A model generated the notes under the pieces. It worked only from the letters and a program-made list of their open reading frames with translations, was not told where the DNA came from and did no database searches. Source: an uncultured Gemmataceae bacterium (lineage in GTDB: Bacteria; Planctomycetota; Planctomycetia; Gemmatales; Gemmataceae). From it: a stretch of 64,000 nt of DNA. The stretch is taken from contig CAVVPN010000004.1 of assembly GCA_963750165.1 (NCBI GenBank), positions 384,001-448,000 on the forward strand. Direction: 5' to 3'. Both the position numbers and the translations under genes were made by a program. Of the stretch, positions 40,641-53,000 are shown one piece after another (position 1 is the first letter of the stretch; each line of letters opens with the position of its first letter).

Positions 40641-42899
40641 TCAGCGCGGCAGCCGGAACGGGCCAGGCCGCAGGTGCGGGTGGAAGGCAAATGACCAGCC
40701 CTCGAACGGCGCGCCCGTCAGCCTCCGCCACCGCGTCGCCTGCTCCTCCGTCAGCACGGCCCGGATGCGCTCGCGCACCGACCGTGCGCGCTGCTCGTTG
40801 GCCTTGCGCTGTTCCTCCGGCGAGCGGGGCCGGCCCTTGGGCCCCGGTGGCAATGGCACGAAGACGGGCTCCGCCTCGATGGCCCGCAACCGCTCGCGCT
40901 GCTCGGCAGTCAACTTCAGGGTGGTGACCACGGCCGGGTCGCGGAAGGCGCTCGCCCCCTGCAACTGCATCGTGATCTGGCGGAGGCGGTCGCGCTGCTG
41001 CGGCGTCAGGATCGCCGTGATCGCCGCCTCGTTGGCGCGGGCCGACTCCAGGAAGCGTTGCTGCCGCTCGCGCGGCGTTAACTGGTTATACTTCTGGAAG
41101 GCTTCCAGGCGCTGCGTGGCCAGGCGGCGCGACCATTCGGTGATCTGCTCGCGCTGCTCGGCGGACGGCCGCAGGTCGGCGAGCACGCCCGGGTTGGCCA
41201 GCAGAGCCAGCTGCCCCGCTCCTTGCAGCACCAGCAAATCGTCCAGGATTTCCCGCACATGGGCCTGCGTGGCGGTCAACTCGGCCTGGGCGTCGGGCTC
41301 GTCCCGGCGCTGCTGGATCAGTTCCTGGTAGTAGACCAGCGCCTCTTCCAGTAGCCGCTTGCGCAACCCGTCCATCTCCGGTCGGCCGGCCAGTTCCTCC
41401 TCGGCCAGCACGATCAGCTTGTCCACGGAGCGGCGGGCCAGCCGGAAGCGCGCTTCCGCCTCCTCAGCCCGCTGCCGCTCGCGCTCGAAGGCCAACCGGG
41501 TCTTCTCCTGCTCGGCGCGGGTATTTTCCTGCTCACCGCGAATCAGCCAGGCGCTGACCGTGGAGCCCGCCGCCAGCAGCACCAGCAGCACGACGGCCGC
41601 GACCGACACCGAGGGATGGCGGCGCAGCCACTTCCGCGCCCGCTGGACCAGGGTCGCGCGCCGGGCCCGGATCGGCTCGTAGCGCAGGAAACGATGCAGG
41701 TCGTCAGCGAGTTCACCGGCCGTGGCGTAGCGGTCGGCCGGAGCCTTGCTGATCGCTTTCAGGGTGATGGTTTCCAGCTCCTCGGGCAGGGCGGCGTCCA
41801 GCGCCCGCGGCGGCCGCGGCTCCTCGTGCAGGATGCGGTGCAGCATCCCTTGCCGGTCGGGCGCATCGAAGATCGGCCGCAGCGTCAGCAGTTCGTAGAG
41901 CGTCGCCCCGAGCGAGTACACATCGGTGCGGTGGTCGGTCAGGACGCGCTGGCCGCCGGCCTGTTCGGGGCTCATGTAGCGCAGGGTGCCAAGTAGATCG
42001 CCAGTCTGCGTCAGCCCGGCGGCGTGGAACTGCGCCAGGCCGAAGTCGGTGACCCACACGTCGCCGTGCCCGTCCACGAGCAGGTTGGCCGGCTTCACGT
42101 CGCGATGGACCACCCCCAGATTGTGGGCGTAGTCCAGGGCCTGCGCGGCCTGGGCCACCAGCCGGGCCGCTGTGCGGTAGAAGTCGGACGCGCGGCCGGT
42201 GCGCCGCACCGTGAACTGGGTTCGCCAGGCCGCCCGGTCCTCGGTGGCCGGGGTGTACGGCCCCGTGGCGTCATCGTCCAGGCCGGGGCCGGGCTGCTCG
42301 GAAAGCTCGAAGCGGCGCAGCCCATCAATGACGGCGGCCAGGTTCTGGCCCTCAATCAACTGCATGGCGTAGAAGTGGACGCCGCGCTCCGAGCCCACGG
42401 CGTAGACGGGGACGATGTGCTGGTGGTGCAGCTGGGCCGCCGCCTGCGCCTCGTTCTTGAAGCGCTGCAGCTGGCGGGCGTCCAGGGCGGCGGCGAACGG
42501 CAGCACCTTGAGGGCCACGCGCCGACCCAGCGACCGCTGCAGCGCCTCGTAGACGATACCCATGCCGCCGCGGCCGATCTCGCGGACTATGCGGAAGTCG
42601 CCGAGCGGCTCCGGCAGGGCGTCCGTCGTGGCCGGGTCCGGAGACCCGGCCACAATGGGGGGAGACCCGGCCACAACGAGAGGGGTTTCGTCGGGCGGAT
42701 TCAGCAGGGGCACCGCGGCGTGTACCATGTCCAGGGCGTCGAGGTACGGCGCCAGCGCCGCGCTCAGGTCAGGATACTGGCGGGTGAACGCGCGGCGGTC
42801 GGGCCGGCGGCCGGCTTCGAGTTCGGCGAGGTAGGCCTGCACGGCCTGGAGCAGGCGGGGGTCATCGTCAGGCAGGGTGCGATCCTGGGCGGGACTCAA
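40641..42899 (-). CDS. Hanks-type Ser/Thr protein kinase with TM helix and C-terminal helical LTxxQ-like repeats
   Basis: IGRGGMGIVY, VALKVL, HRDVKPANLL, DFGLA, GTLRYMSPEQ, DVYSLG. A TTG start overlaps the sigma TGA (TTGA), with GGAGG upstream. Confidence 0.93.
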   Translation of the reverse strand: MSPAQDRTLPDDDPRLLQAVQAYLAELEAGRRPDRRAFTRQYPDLSAALAPYLDALDMVHAAVPLLNPPDETPLVVAGSPPIVAGSPDPATTDALPEPLGDFRIVREIGRGGMGIVYEALQRSLGRRVALKVLPFAAALDARQLQRFKNEAQAAAQLHHQHIVPVYAVGSERGVHFYAMQLIEGQNLAAVIDGLRRFELSEQPGPGLDDDATGPYTPATEDRAAWRTQFTVRRTGRASDFYRTAARLVAQAAQALDYAHNLGVVHRDVKPANLLVDGHGDVWVTDFGLAQFHAAGLTQTGDLLGTLRYMSPEQAGGQRVLTDHRTDVYSLGATLYELLTLRPIFDAPDRQGMLHRILHEEPRPPRALDAALPEELETITLKAISKAPADRYATAGELADDLHRFLRYEPIRARRATLVQRARKWLRRHPSVSVAAVVLLVLLAAGSTVSAWLIRGEQENTRAEQEKTRLAFERERQRAEEAEARFRLARRSVDKLIVLAEEELAGRPEMDGLRKRLLEEALVYYQELIQQRRDEPDAQAELTATQAHVREILDDLLVLQGAGQLALLANPGVLADLRPSAEQREQITEWSRRLATQRLEAFQKYNQLTPRERQQRFLESARANEAAITAILTPQQRDRLRQITMQLQGASAFRDPAVVTTLKLTAEQRERLRAIEAEPVFVPLPPGPKGRPRSPEEQRKANEQRARSVRERIRAVLTEEQATRWRRLTGAPFEGWSFAFHPHLRPGPFRLPR

Positions 42900-43510
42900 G
42901 GGGGGCCTCCGAGGTGTTGACGCAGGCGGACCAGGGCGCGCATCCACAATTTTTCCACACTGTCAAGGCTTCGCTGCATCCGGGCGGCCGCCTCCGGGAA
43001 GGTCAGGCCCTCCAGGTGGCGGAGCACGAGAACTTCGCGGTAGTCGTCGGGCAGCTGGGCAAGGGCCGCGGCCAGCAGCACGGCCTGCTCGCGGCGGCAG
43101 GCTTGCTGGCTGGGCGAGGACAGCGGCGACACCAGACCGCCGCCGAGCAGCACCGACGAGCGCTCCAGGTCGTCCTCGATGGCGCGCTCCAGGCGCACAT
43201 CACGGCCGCGGGTGCCGAGGTAGCGGCGCAACAGATCGGCTAGTTTCGCCGCCAGAATCTGCCGCAGCCAGCTCAGGAACTGGGCCTGACTGTTGCCGCG
43301 GAAGCGGCCGAAGTTGCGGTGCGCTTCCAGGAACGTCTCCTGAACGATGTCCGAGGCGTCCACCTTGCCCTGCAACCGCTGCCCAATCTGGACGCGCGCC
43401 AGCAGGGCCAGGTAGTGGCGGTACAACTCCAGCAGCCGGCCGAGCGTCGCGGCGTCCCCAACCCGGGCCTCCCGCAACAGGTGCTCAGGATCTGCCGCGG
43501 TGGACTCCAT
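42896..43510 (-). CDS. ECF RNA polymerase sigma-70 factor (planctomycete kinase-associated type)
   Basis: LGRLLELYRHYL.LLAR, KVDASDIVQETFLEAH, SSPSQ, LPDDYREVLVLRHLEGLTFPE. Start placed at MESTA. Confidence 0.93.
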   Translation of the reverse strand: MESTAADPEHLLREARVGDAATLGRLLELYRHYLALLARVQIGQRLQGKVDASDIVQETFLEAHRNFGRFRGNSQAQFLSWLRQILAAKLADLLRRYLGTRGRDVRLERAIEDDLERSSVLLGGGLVSPLSSPSQQACRREQAVLLAAALAQLPDDYREVLVLRHLEGLTFPEAAARMQRSLDSVEKLWMRALVRLRQHLGGPP

Positions 43511-44060
43511 CGTCGCTCCGTACTCGGTAAGTCGCGGCAGGGACCGCAGCACCGCCGCGCAAAAAACCAATTTTCCCGACGCGCTCGGTAACGCAGCCTG
43601 GACGGCGCATGGGGGTGTATCTTGAAAATCGTAGCAACCCAAACATGAAACCGGAATGAACCCGCGATTAGAAAAATATCGCCGATTTTAACCAAACTCT
43701 CACCTGTCTGCTGGGTATACTTTGATAAGTGATGGTTGATATAATTCCACATCGGCACCCTGGCTGCGCCGCCCTGGCGCATGCCGCAGCCCCGAGGCCG
43801 ATCTTACCTGACACGGAGCCAGTGACTTGCGACCAGGCTCCGCCTACATGCTGACCCTGCCTGTGCAGGCCGTCGCCGAATAAGCGAAAAAAACTTTCAA
43901 CCGGCGCGGCGGTTTTTTGACCTCTGCAACGACTAGGCAAAGAGGGAATGATACGCCCGGTATGATTCTTGTGACGATCACCAACTAAGTCGTTTTGTCT
44001 GACCCGGGCGCGCGCCGCTGGCTGATTGCTCCCGACACCACCCACCCAAAAGGTCTTCCC

Positions 44061-47000
44061 ATGCGTCCGCTCTCCTGGGCCCGCTGGCTGCGATCCCTGT
44101 TCACCCGCCCGACCACTCCTTTCCGACGAACATCCCACCGCCTGGCCCTGGAGCAGCTGGAGACACGCGTGACGCCCGCCACGCATACCTGGTCGGGCGG
44201 CGGCGGGGCGCTGAACACCGCCTGGACCTCCACCGCCAACTGGCGCGATGGCGTGCCGTCGGCCGGCGACGACCTGGTGTTCCCCGCCACCGCCACCGCC
44301 TTCAACGCCACTAACGACTTTTCCGTCGGCACCGTCTTCAACAGCATCACCATCTCGGGCAGCAACTACACACTGTCTGGCAACAGCATCACGCTCGGCA
44401 ACCCCGTGACCTCGGGCAGCGGCTTCCTCACGGTCAACGGCGGCGCCACCGGCGAGGTGCTGTCGCTGAACATCCAGTTCGGCGGCTCGGCCAACGGCCA
44501 GCAAATCTTCACCGTCAACGCCGGTTCCAACATCACCCTGGCCGGCCAGTTGAGCGGCCCCAGCGGCTACCAGCTGACCAAGGAGGGCACCGGCACCCTG
44601 ACGCTGTCCGGCGACAACAGCAGTTTCGCCGGCCCGATCAGCATCGATAACAACGCCGGCATCCTGGCCATCACCAACGCCAACGCCCTTGGCGCCGGCA
44701 CCAACAGCACCACTGTCGGCTCCGGCTCGCAGCTGCAGGTCGTCAACGCCAGCGGCGCCATCCCCGAGAACCTGCTGCTGAACGGCCTGGGACCGATCAA
44801 CGACGGCGCCCTGCTCAACGTTGCCGGCAACAACACCTGGACCGGTAATGTCACGCTCGACAGCACCGCCGCGCTCGGCTCCAACGCCGGCAGCCTGACC
44901 ATCGCCGGCACGATCAGCGACGCCGGCGCCGGCCTTGGCCTGTCCAAGGAGGGGGTCGGCCAGATCATCTTCGCTCACGACAACACCTACCGCGGCACCA
45001 CCACCATCGACAACGGCGTCCTGACCATCGAGACGCCCCTGGGGTTGGGCACCGCCGACAGCGGCACGGTGGTCAACAACACAAGCGGCGGCAGCGGCAC
45101 GCTGCAGCTCAACGACCCCAGCGGTATCGGCTTCACCGTGCTGAACGAGCAGGTCACCCTCAACGGCAGCGGCTCCGGCGGCCTGGGGGCGCTGCAAAAC
45201 GTCTCCGGCAACAACCAGTGGGCCGGCAGCATTTTGGTGGGCAGCACGGCGCCGTTCGGCTCCAGCGCCAGCATCGGCGCCGCGGCCAACACTGCCCTGA
45301 CCGTCAGCGGCGTCATCAGCAACCCCAACGGCGCTTACACGCTGACCAAGGTGAACACCGGCGAGCTGATTCTGAATAACGTCAACACCGTCACTGGCTC
45401 GTTCACCATCGCGGCGGGGGTGGTCAGCGTCCGCGACTCCAACGCCTTGGGTACGACCTCCGGCATCACGGTCGCTAACGGCGCCGCCCTGTGGTTGGAG
45501 ATCGACTCCGGCCTCGACCCGCACGGCCGCAACCTGTCCAACGACTCCGTCACGCACAACAGCCAGGAGCTACAAATCGCCGATCCGCTGACCATCTCCG
45601 GCACCGGCGTGGGCAACACCGGCGCCCTGCGCAGCGTCAGCGGCATCAACGTCTACACCGGCGCCATCAGCGGCACCGGCGCCATTGGCGTGGACCCCGA
45701 TCCCAATCCCAAGAACGACAACAGCTACTTCACCAACGATTACAGCCTGACGGCCACCGGCAGGGTCAGCGTCGTCGGCCTGAGCAAGGTCGGCACCGGC
45801 CAGCTGATTCTGCCCACCGCCAACACCATCAACGGCCTGACGGTGCAGCAGGGCTGGGTCACCGCTCAGAACAACCTGTCGCTGGGCACCGGCCCCGTCA
45901 CCGTCCAGTCCGGGGCAGCCGTCCAACTCAAGCCGCCGGCCCCGGGCATCAACCTCACCCTGACCAACACCTTCACGTTGTCGGGCAATGGCTTCAGCCA
46001 CCCCTTCGGTCTCATCAACCAGAAGGGGGCCCTCGAGAGTCTGGGCGGCAACAACGTCATCGGCGGCGGCAACAACAACGTGGTCTTCAACGGCAACGCC
46101 GGCATCGGCGTGGTCGAGGTCGATCCCGCCTACGCCGCCGTCACCCCGAGTGAGCTGACCATCACCGACGAGATCATTGACGGGGCGGCCGCGGGCGGCT
46201 TCACCAAGCTCGGTTCGCGGCGGCTGAACCTGGAGGGCGAGGGCTCCTACAGCGGCAACAACATTATCCAGGAAGGGGTGGTGCGCATCCAAACCGACTC
46301 CGGCCTGGGCACATCCAGCACCGGCACCGCCACGGGGCCGGAAACCTACGCCAACTCGACCACCTCCCTGGGCACCGGCAACGCGACCATCCAGCGCTTC
46401 GTCGTCACCGGCTTTGGCACCTACACGTTGACCTTCAACGGCCAGACCACCTCCGCCTTGCAGTACAACGCCACGGCCGCCCAGGTCCAGTCCGCCCTCA
46501 ACGCCCTGTCGAACGTCAGCGGCGTCGGCGGCGTCGTCAGCGTCAACGAGTCTTCCAACGTCTACACCGTGACGTTCGCGGGGACGTTCCTGGGCTACAA
46601 CCAACCGACGCTGACCGCCACCGGCAGCGGCGGCACCTCCGTGGCTGTGAACGTCATCGTGGCCGGCGACGGCCCCGCCCTGGAGTTGCAGAGCCAGGTG
46701 CCGCAGCTCAACGGCGGCATCCCGGCGGGCCTGTCCATCTGGAACGAGGCCCTGGTGCTCAGCGGCCCCGGCAACACCACCTTCGGCGACGGCCCGCTCA
46801 CCGTCTACTCCGACGACAACCTCTGGCGCGGCCCGGTCACCCTCAAGACCAGCACTACCTTCCAGATCCCTGCCAGCGCCCGCCTGACGCTGGACGGCCC
46901 CGTGGACGACGCCTCCAACCCGGCGGTCGGCGGCTCGAACCTGACCCTCACCGGCGGCGGCGAGCTGGCCCTGGCGGGGGCCAACACCTACCGCGGCACC

Positions 47001-50000
47001 ACCTACGTCGAACAGGGCACCCTGACCCTGGAGAACAGTCAGGCCCTGGGCGGCACCGGCACGGCGGCGGTCCAGACGGTCACCGTGACCGGCACGGCGG
47101 GCACATTCACGTTGACCTTCAACGGCCAGACCACAGCCCTGGCTTACAACGCCACCGCGGCCCAGGTGCAGACCGCCCTGAATGCGCTGTCCACCATCGG
47201 CGGCGCCGGCGGCTCCGTGACCGTCAGCCAGTCCGCCAACGTCTACACGGTGACCTTCGGCGGCAACCTGTTCGGCTTCAGCCAGTCGCAGATCACCGCT
47301 GCGGCGGCCGGCGGCGCCACTGCGGTCACGGGCACCCTGGTCCAGGGCGGCGGCGGCACGTTCGTGGCCGCCGGCTCCTCGGTGCAACTCGAGGGCAGCC
47401 TGACCATCGCCGGCGAGCCGCTCATCCTGGAGGGCCAGGGCGCCAACCAGGCCTCCTACGTGCCGACCGGCTGGTTCCCGCTGGGGCCGGCGCCGGTCAA
47501 CAGCGGCCAGACGGCCGGCAACAACTCCGTCACCGGCCGCGTTACCGACGTTGTCGCCGACCCGACCAACCCCAACGTCATCTACATCACCACGGCCGGC
47601 GGCGGCGCCTGGAAGACGACGGACGGCGGCGTCACCTGGAAGCCGCTCTTCGACCGTGCCGGCACCGGCAGCGTCTCCGCAGTCCAGACCGCCACCGTGA
47701 CCGGCACGGCGGGCACATTCACGTTGACCTTCAACGGCCAGACCACCACGGCCCTGGCTTACAACGCCACCGCGGCCCAGGTGCAGACCGCCCTGAACGC
47801 GCTGTCCACCATCGGCGGCGTCGGCGGCGCCGTGACCGTCACCCTGACCGGCAGCATCTACAGCATCACCTACGGCGGCACCCTGACCGGGGGCAGCCAG
47901 CCCCAGATCACCGGCACCGGGGCGGGCGGCGCCACGATCACCACGGCCACCGCGGTCCAGGGTGGCGGCATCATCGCCAATGAGGAGCAGGACCTCAGCG
48001 TGACCGGCATGGCCGGCACCTACACGCTGAACTTTGCAGGCCAGACCACGGCGGCGCTGGCCTACAACGCCACCGCGGCCCAGATCCAGACCGCCCTGGA
48101 CGCGCTGTCCACCATCGGCGGTGTCGGCGGCTCCGTGACCGTCCTGGGGAGCAACGGCGCCTTCGCCATCGGCTTCGGCGGCAACCTGGGCGGCCAGGCG
48201 TTATCGCAGATCGTCGCCACCGGCACCGGCGGGGCCACGGCCGCGATCAGCCCGTTCGCGGATGGCTACGGTATCACCCTGGATACACAGGAAATCGACG
48301 TGGCCCTGGCGTCCGGCACCTACACGCTGAGCTTCAACGGTGCCACTACCCCATCCCTGCCCTACAACGCCACGGCCACCCAGGTGCAGACCGCCCTGAA
48401 CGCGCTGCCGACCATCGGCGGCGTTGGCGGCAGCGTCTACGTGGTGCAGCCGCCGCTGCCCGTGTACACCATCACCTTCCCCACCACCGGCAACAACGCG
48501 GGCATCAACCAGCCGCAGATGACCGCCACCGGCACCGGCGGCGCCAGCGCCAGCGTGACTACCGTGACGAACGGTAGCCGCACCAACGAGGTGCAGGACA
48601 TCAACGTCACGGGCGGGGCGGGGTCGTTCGTCCTGATGTTCGGCACGGCCGGCTTCGGCGGCGGTAACGCCACCGTCGCCATCCCCTACGGCTCCTCGGC
48701 GGCAACGGTGCAGGCGGACCTGAACGCCGTGCGGAACATCCAGCGCGGCGGCGGCGGCGGCGGCGGCGGCGGTGGCTCGGTCACCGTGACGCAGTCCGGC
48801 AACGACTACATCGTCACCTTCACCGGCACGATGGCCGGCAGCGCCGAGCAGTTGCTCACCGACACGGCCACCGGCGGCGCCGTCGTCGCCACCAGTGAGT
48901 TGACCCACGGCGGCACCGTCGTCACCCCCGAGGTGCAACGCGTCTCGGTCAACGGCACGGCGGGCACATTCACCATCACATTCAACGGCAGGACCACCAG
49001 CGCCTTGGCCTACAACGCCAGTGCTGTCCAGGTACAAACCGCCCTGAACGCGCTGTCGAGCATCAGTGGCGGTGGCGGTGGCGGTGGTGGTGGCGGTGGT
49101 GGCGGCGGCGCCGGCCCCGTGACCGTGACGTTGGCCAATGCGCCGTTCTTCACCGCCACCTTCGGCAACAGTTTGCTCGGGTTGAACGTGCCGCTGATGA
49201 TCGCCGCCGGCAACGCCGGCGCCACCGTCAGCTCCGTCAGTTCCGGCTCGGGCGTCACCGCGGGCGTGCAGGCGTTTACCATCAACGGCACCGGCACGTT
49301 CACCCTGGGGTTCGACGGCGCCACCACTGCGGTGCTGCCCGCGGGCGCCTCGGCCGTGCAGGTGCAGACGGCCCTGAACACGCTGCCGACCGTCGGCGGC
49401 GTCGGCGGTTCGGTCAGTGTGACCAGTTCCACCAGTCCCGACGGCACCACCACCTACGCCGTCACCTTCTACGACAACCTGTCCGGCAGCGGGCTGCCGC
49501 AGTTGACCGTCACCGGCGACACCAATGTGACCACCACGGAGTTCCCGGTCGCGACCGGGCTGGTGCAGGACAACCCGCTGTTCATCGGCACCATCACGAT
49601 GGACCCGAACAACCCGCAGATCCTCTACCTGGGCACCGGCGATACCGACAACTCCACCGACTCCTACTACGGCACCGGCATCTACAAATCGACCGACGGC
49701 GGCCAGACCTGGACCCTCATGACCGACAGCCTGGGCGGCAACCCGCTCTACGGCCGCGGCGTCTCGAAGATCGCCGTGGGCACCCTGAACGGCACCGCGT
49801 ACACCTTCGCCGCGGTCGGCGACGGCGGCTCCGGCCGCAACGAGGTCCAGACCCTCGGCTTCGCTCTGCCCCCCGGGGTGCAGACCTTCACGCTCACCTT
49901 CGTCGGCCCGGACTCCACCGGCTCCATCGTCTCCGACACAACTGGTCCCATCACCTGGGACCCGACGCGCCCGAACAACACCAACAACGCGCTGGTCGCC

Positions 50001-53000
50001 CAGGACATTCAGGCCCAGCTGATGGGCGGCACGGACTCGTCCGGGACGGTGTGGACGGGCCTGTCGAACATCGAAGGCATCGGCGCCACCGTCGTCGTCA
50101 CAGCTCCGACGGGCGGTGGTGGCGGCGGTGGCGGTGGCGGTGGCGGCGGTGGCGGCGGCGGCAACCGCAATTTCTCGATACAGTTCGAGAGCGCCCTGGC
50201 GCTGACGAACGTGCAGCAAATCACCACCAACTGGCCGATCCCGACGTTCGGCGTACCCGGTATCGGCGTGGGCACGCAGGTGGACGGCGGGCCGCTCAAG
50301 GTCATCAATGGCACGTCGGGCAACCCCGGCATCTGGAGCTTCAACGCCACCACCTCCACCTGGAACAACCTCACGTCGGTCGAGTCGATGACGCGGGCCA
50401 CCGGCACGAGTTCGCAATCGACGCCGAACATGAACCCCAGGACGCCGGGGCCTGACGACAACTTCCTGGTCAGCTTCCCGCAGACCGGCACCACCTGGTC
50501 GGACCTGGCGCTGACCGCCGGCGGCACGCTGTACGCGGCCCTGGGCAATTCGTCGGGCAACAACAACAACGGCGTCTTCTACACCAACAACCCGACCGCG
50601 GCCGTCCCGGACTGGTACGTCGGCGACCCGACGAACACGGGCACGCCGCCGCCGCCCACGCTGCCCGACACCGAGAGCATGAACGAGTTCCCCGTGCCGG
50701 TCATGTCCGGGCTGCCGATCGGCAACATCAAGATCGCCACGGGCGGCATTCTGATTGACTCTAACGGCGTCCACGGTGTCATCTACGCCTCGGTGGCGGC
50801 CAACTTCGGCAGCCTGGTGAACATCTACACGACCATCGACGGCGGCAAGGACTGGCTACCGGTCGCCACGACGCCGCCGAACTACATGTTCTCGGAGGGC
50901 GGCTACGCCAACGCCATCGTCGCGGTGCCGGGCACAACCACCGTGTATGTGGCGGGCTACGAGAGCAGCGGCACCACGCACACGGATCAGGTGCTGGTGT
51001 CGCCCGATAGCGGCACCACCTGGATCGACATCTCAGTGGACATCGCCGGCAATGGGCCGCACACCGCCATCCACGCCCTGAGCCTGGATTCGCAGAATCG
51101 CGTGCTGGCCGCCACCGACGGCGGCCTGTGGCGCTACGACCCGGGCACCGGCTTCTGGACCGACCTGACCGGCAACCTGGAGGTGTCGCAGGTCAACAGC
51201 GTCGCCACCAGCCCGACCAACCTGAACACCGTCTACGCCGGCCTGCAGTCCAACGGCGTGGCGCAGTTCAACAACAACCTGGCCTGGACCTACGTGGACC
51301 AGAACCCCAACACGCTGGTGAGCGGCGGCGGCGCTGTCGTCGTGGACCCCCAAAACCCCAACAACGTCTACCACGTCGAGACCCAGACCGGCTCCAGCGC
51401 CGTGGTACGCCGCTCGACCGACGGCGGCCAGACCTGGACCACCGTGCTGACGACGACGCGCACCGCCGCCCCGCTGGTGATGGACATTGTCAACCCGGAC
51501 CGCCTGGTAGCGGGCGGCGCCAGCGTGGAGGAGTCGAAGAACCAGGGCACGAACTGGACGACCCTGACCCCGTCGGACCCGGTGACCGGAACCAGCCTGA
51601 GCAACGTCACCGGCGTGGCCGTGGCCGCCTACCAGGGCACGTTCGTGGAAGACAACGACTTCCCGTGGATCACCGATCAGGGGGCCAACACCTACGACCC
51701 GAACACCATCTACGCCACCGACGGCAGCAGCGTCTTCGTCACCAAGGACGACGGCACGACCTGGAAGGACCGTACCAACGACCTGACGGGGCTGGGCGGC
51801 ATCTCGGACATCGTGGTGGACCCGCGCAACCGCGACATCGTCTACGTCGTCCGCGATGTCTTCGGCGCCGGTCACGTGTTCCGCTCGACCGACGCCGGCC
51901 AGGACTGGACGGACATCAGCGGCAACCTGCCGAACCTGCCGACCTGGACGCTGGTCATCGACCCGCGCCAGGGCGACCCCAACTCGGCCGGGCCGACCTA
52001 CGGCAACATCTACGTCGGCACCGACGAGGGCGTCTACGAATTGCCCAATGGCAGCAGCTCCTGGCAGAGTGTCGGCAGCGCCCTGCCCAACGTCGCGGTG
52101 CATTCCCTGGACCTGAACCTGAACAGCAACATCCTGACGGCCGGCACCTACGGCCGCGGCGTCTTCCAGCTGCTGCTGGACGACGGCACCCCCGACCAGG
52201 GAGCGCTGCGGGCCCTGAGCGGCACCTCGGTCTGGACCGGCAACGTGATGGTCGCCGGCGACCCGACCACCAACGCCGTGGCCTTCGGCTCCAGCGGCTC
52301 GCAGGCGCTGCCCGGCGGCCTGGGCGCCACCTCGCTGACGATCGTCGGCACCATCAGCGACCTGACGCCGGGCAACAGCCCCCAGGTCAACAAGGTGGGC
52401 ACTGGGAGCGTCATCTTCGCCGGCGCCAACACCTACGGCGGCGTCACCGATATCCAGCAGGGCGTGCTGATCGTGCAGAACAAGAACGCCCTGGGCAGTT
52501 CCGCAGCCGGCACCATCGTGGACGACACGGTCAACCCCAACACGGCCCTGGAACTGCAATCCGACCTGGAGCTGGAGCCGATCTCGCTGCGCGGCAACGG
52601 CGTCAGCTTCAACGGCCACCCGACGGGCGGATTGCTCAACGTCAGCAACAACAACACCTACACCGGCACCCTGACGCTGATCGGCAACGCCACCATTGGC
52701 GTGGCCAGTGGCAGCACGCTGACCATCGGCAGCAAGGCGAACCTGCAGGGTACCGGCACGATCACGGACGGCGGCAACAATTACTCGCTGGTCAAGGAAC
52801 TGACCGGCACGCTGACCCTTTCGAGCGCCAACACCTTCGGCGGCGGCATGCTGGTCAGCCAGGGAGTGCTCAACGTGCAGAACGGCGGCGCCCTGGGCAG
52901 CAATGGCACGGCCGCCAGCGGCACCACGGTGCTCGACGGCGCCCAGTTGCAGTTGCAGGGCGGCATCATCATCACCGATGAAAACCTGCGTCTCTCCGGT

